Shown: positions 52,739-53,866 of the stretch, one piece after another
Layout: every line of letters starts with the position of its first letter
How positions within the stretch are numbered: position 1 is the first letter of the stretch
Source of the DNA: a virus
Lineage: Duplodnaviria; Caudoviricetes
Strand: one strand, 5' to 3'
Virus record (IMG/VR): IMGVR_UViG_3300038450_000073
Coordinates: 1-53,866 of that record
Length of the DNA stretch: 53,866 nt
Notes under the pieces: model-generated
Database searches by the model: none
Told to the model about the DNA's origin: nothing
Seen by the model: the letters and a program-made list of their open reading frames with translations, nothing else
Translations under genes and position numbers: made by a program

Positions 52739-53095
52739 ATGACCGACATTCAAGAGCAGGTCGCGGCTATCCGAGCCAAGGTGGCCGAAGAGGAAGCAGA
52801 GCGAGAAGCTGATCGCGCAGCCGAAGAGGCTCGGGTGCAGGAAATGAGTGCTGCAAAGGCTGAATGCTTCACTAAGTGCGGACCGATTGCTGAAGCAATT
52901 GCTGCTGCCGAGTCCGACGAGGAGCGCGAGCTACTTCATCAGCTTGAAGCCGAGACTCACGCCGAGCACACAGCTGATCTTGAGGCTGCGTACCTCAAGT
53001 TCTCAGGTCAGGGCCAAGAGGAGAGCAACCCGGCGCCTCCGGGCGAGACGGCCATCGACGCTCACGTCACGGTGGTTTCCGAGCAGTCCGTCTAG
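52739..53095 (+). CDS. acidic coiled-coil hypothetical protein
   Basis: SD aagga, Glu/Ala-rich. Confidence 0.6.
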   Translation: MTDIQEQVAAIRAKVAEEEAEREADRAAEEARVQEMSAAKAECFTKCGPIAEAIAAAESDEERELLHQLEAETHAEHTADLEAAYLKFSGQGQEESNPAPPGETAIDAHVTVVSEQSV

Positions 53096-53113
53096 CACCA
53101 AGGGCGGTGAGCC

Positions 53114-53500
53114 GTGACGATTGCTCGCGTTACCGCCCATGACGGGGTAGGCACCACTAGCGCTACGTTCGGGGGAACCCCGACCGCTGGGCGCCTTCTG
53201 CTCTGCGGTGTCAGTCAGATCGCTTCAAGTTCCCCCCCGACGGTGAGTGGCTGGACTCCCATCACGTCCGAGACGTGGCAAGTGAAGTTCCACGCCGGTA
53301 TGAGCAACGGCGAAGGCCGCACATCCCACCGAGGCAAGACCATCCATCTGTCGAAGCACCCGACACTCGGAGTGGTGTTACACGAAGTCGCTCATGCGCT
53401 GGACCCGCGACCGCCCACGGTAGATGGTCACTGGGGACATCACGCCGACTTGATGCACAATCTTTTTGACGAGTACACGCCGTGGAGGGCGAAACGATGA
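53114..53500 (+). CDS. apparently chimeric ORF: virion-protein-like N-terminus plus HEXXH zincin fragment
   Basis: Thr/Gly-rich start (TPTAGRLLL...SGWT), then VVLHEVAHAL...H. Confidence 0.5.
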   Translation: MTIARVTAHDGVGTTSATFGGTPTAGRLLLCGVSQIASSSPPTVSGWTPITSETWQVKFHAGMSNGEGRTSHRGKTIHLSKHPTLGVVLHEVAHALDPRPPTVDGHWGHHADLMHNLFDEYTPWRAKR

Positions 53501-53670
53501 CCGATGCAGCAAGGCCCAACATTCGCGGCATTTGGGAGCTAGAGCCGTTGATGATCCTCGACGGCTACCTCGTGCTCGAAGGGATTGTCGCCACCCGATT
53601 CGACTGGATCAAGGTCCGCAAGCTGGACAATGGTAACTGGCTTTGCCGTAAGCAGGAGGGCCACGGATGA
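53497..53670 (+). CDS. small hypothetical protein
   Basis: ATGA overlap, lower GC. Confidence 0.4.
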   Translation: MTDAARPNIRGIWELEPLMILDGYLVLEGIVATRFDWIKVRKLDNGNWLCRKQEGHG

Positions 53671-53761
53671 GAGCAACCCCGCGCCTCCGGGCGAGACGGC
53701 CATCGACGCTCATGTCGCGGTGGTTTCCGAGCAGTCCGTCTAGCACCAAGGGCGGTAAGCT

Positions 53762-53866
53762 GTGGCCTACGCCCTAGTTGCCGGGAGCCCTGGCGATACT
53801 GGCGCGCATGTCCTCGTCGACTCTGGTTCAGCGGGCACGATCCTCGGCGTCAACTCGACAGTAGGC
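53762..53866 (+). CDS. 3'-truncated gene (MAYALVAGSPG...), possibly the start of the gene ending at 628
   Basis: GTG at the same position in the second repeat copy, frame open to the window end. Confidence 0.45.
   Translation, partial: MAYALVAGSPGDTGAHVLVDSGSAGTILGVNSTVG

Larger units (their letters stand above)
53021..53764 (+). repeat. 96-bp direct repeat (53021-53116 and 53669-53764, 5 mismatches)
   Basis: Direct base-by-base comparison. Confidence 0.9.

Noticed and set aside
53021-53764. 96-bp repeat pair as DGR TR/VR or as terminal repeats
   Set aside because: Mismatches are not adenine-specific, there is no RT, and both copies lie at the same end of the window.

Overview
High-GC, densely coding, almost entirely plus-strand window that looks like a near-complete, circularly permuted genome of a tailed (siphovirus-like) phage. 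The window begins in the 3' part of a virion gene and ends in the 5' part of a gene at the syntenic position. Gene order: neck/tail genes (1-14.4 kb), two minus-strand accessory genes including a secreted G1 glutamic peptidase, lysis module (15.7-18.2 kb), a structured intergenic region, early/replication/accessory genes (18.6-30.7 kb: annealing-type protein, PD-(D/E)XK nuclease, replication initiator, two DNA methyltransferases, HNH, Rpf-like transglycosylase, LmbU-like regulator), terminases, a portal-Nudix-MuF fusion, XkdF-type protease, scaffold, major capsid protein, an 8-enzyme glycosylation cassette, and further virion genes. Rpf, LmbU-like and leaderless-gene signals suggest an Actinomycetota host (inference). 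I saw no integrase, repressor, DNA polymerase, tRNA or CRISPR array. Main observations: (1) eleven copies of the 14-bp palindrome CCTAGACGTCTAGG at module boundaries, one of them inside the coding sequence of the LmbU-like DNA-binding protein near its predicted HTH; (2) a large putative virion-glycosylation cassette with a GDP-mannose 3,5-epimerase; (3) the tail-chaperone slippery site repeated in frame at the portal-Nudix/MuF junction; (4) a homing-endonuclease intein in a small Cys-rich tail-region protein; (5) a candidate structured ncRNA. All calls are by-eye motif recognition; no database searches were run.
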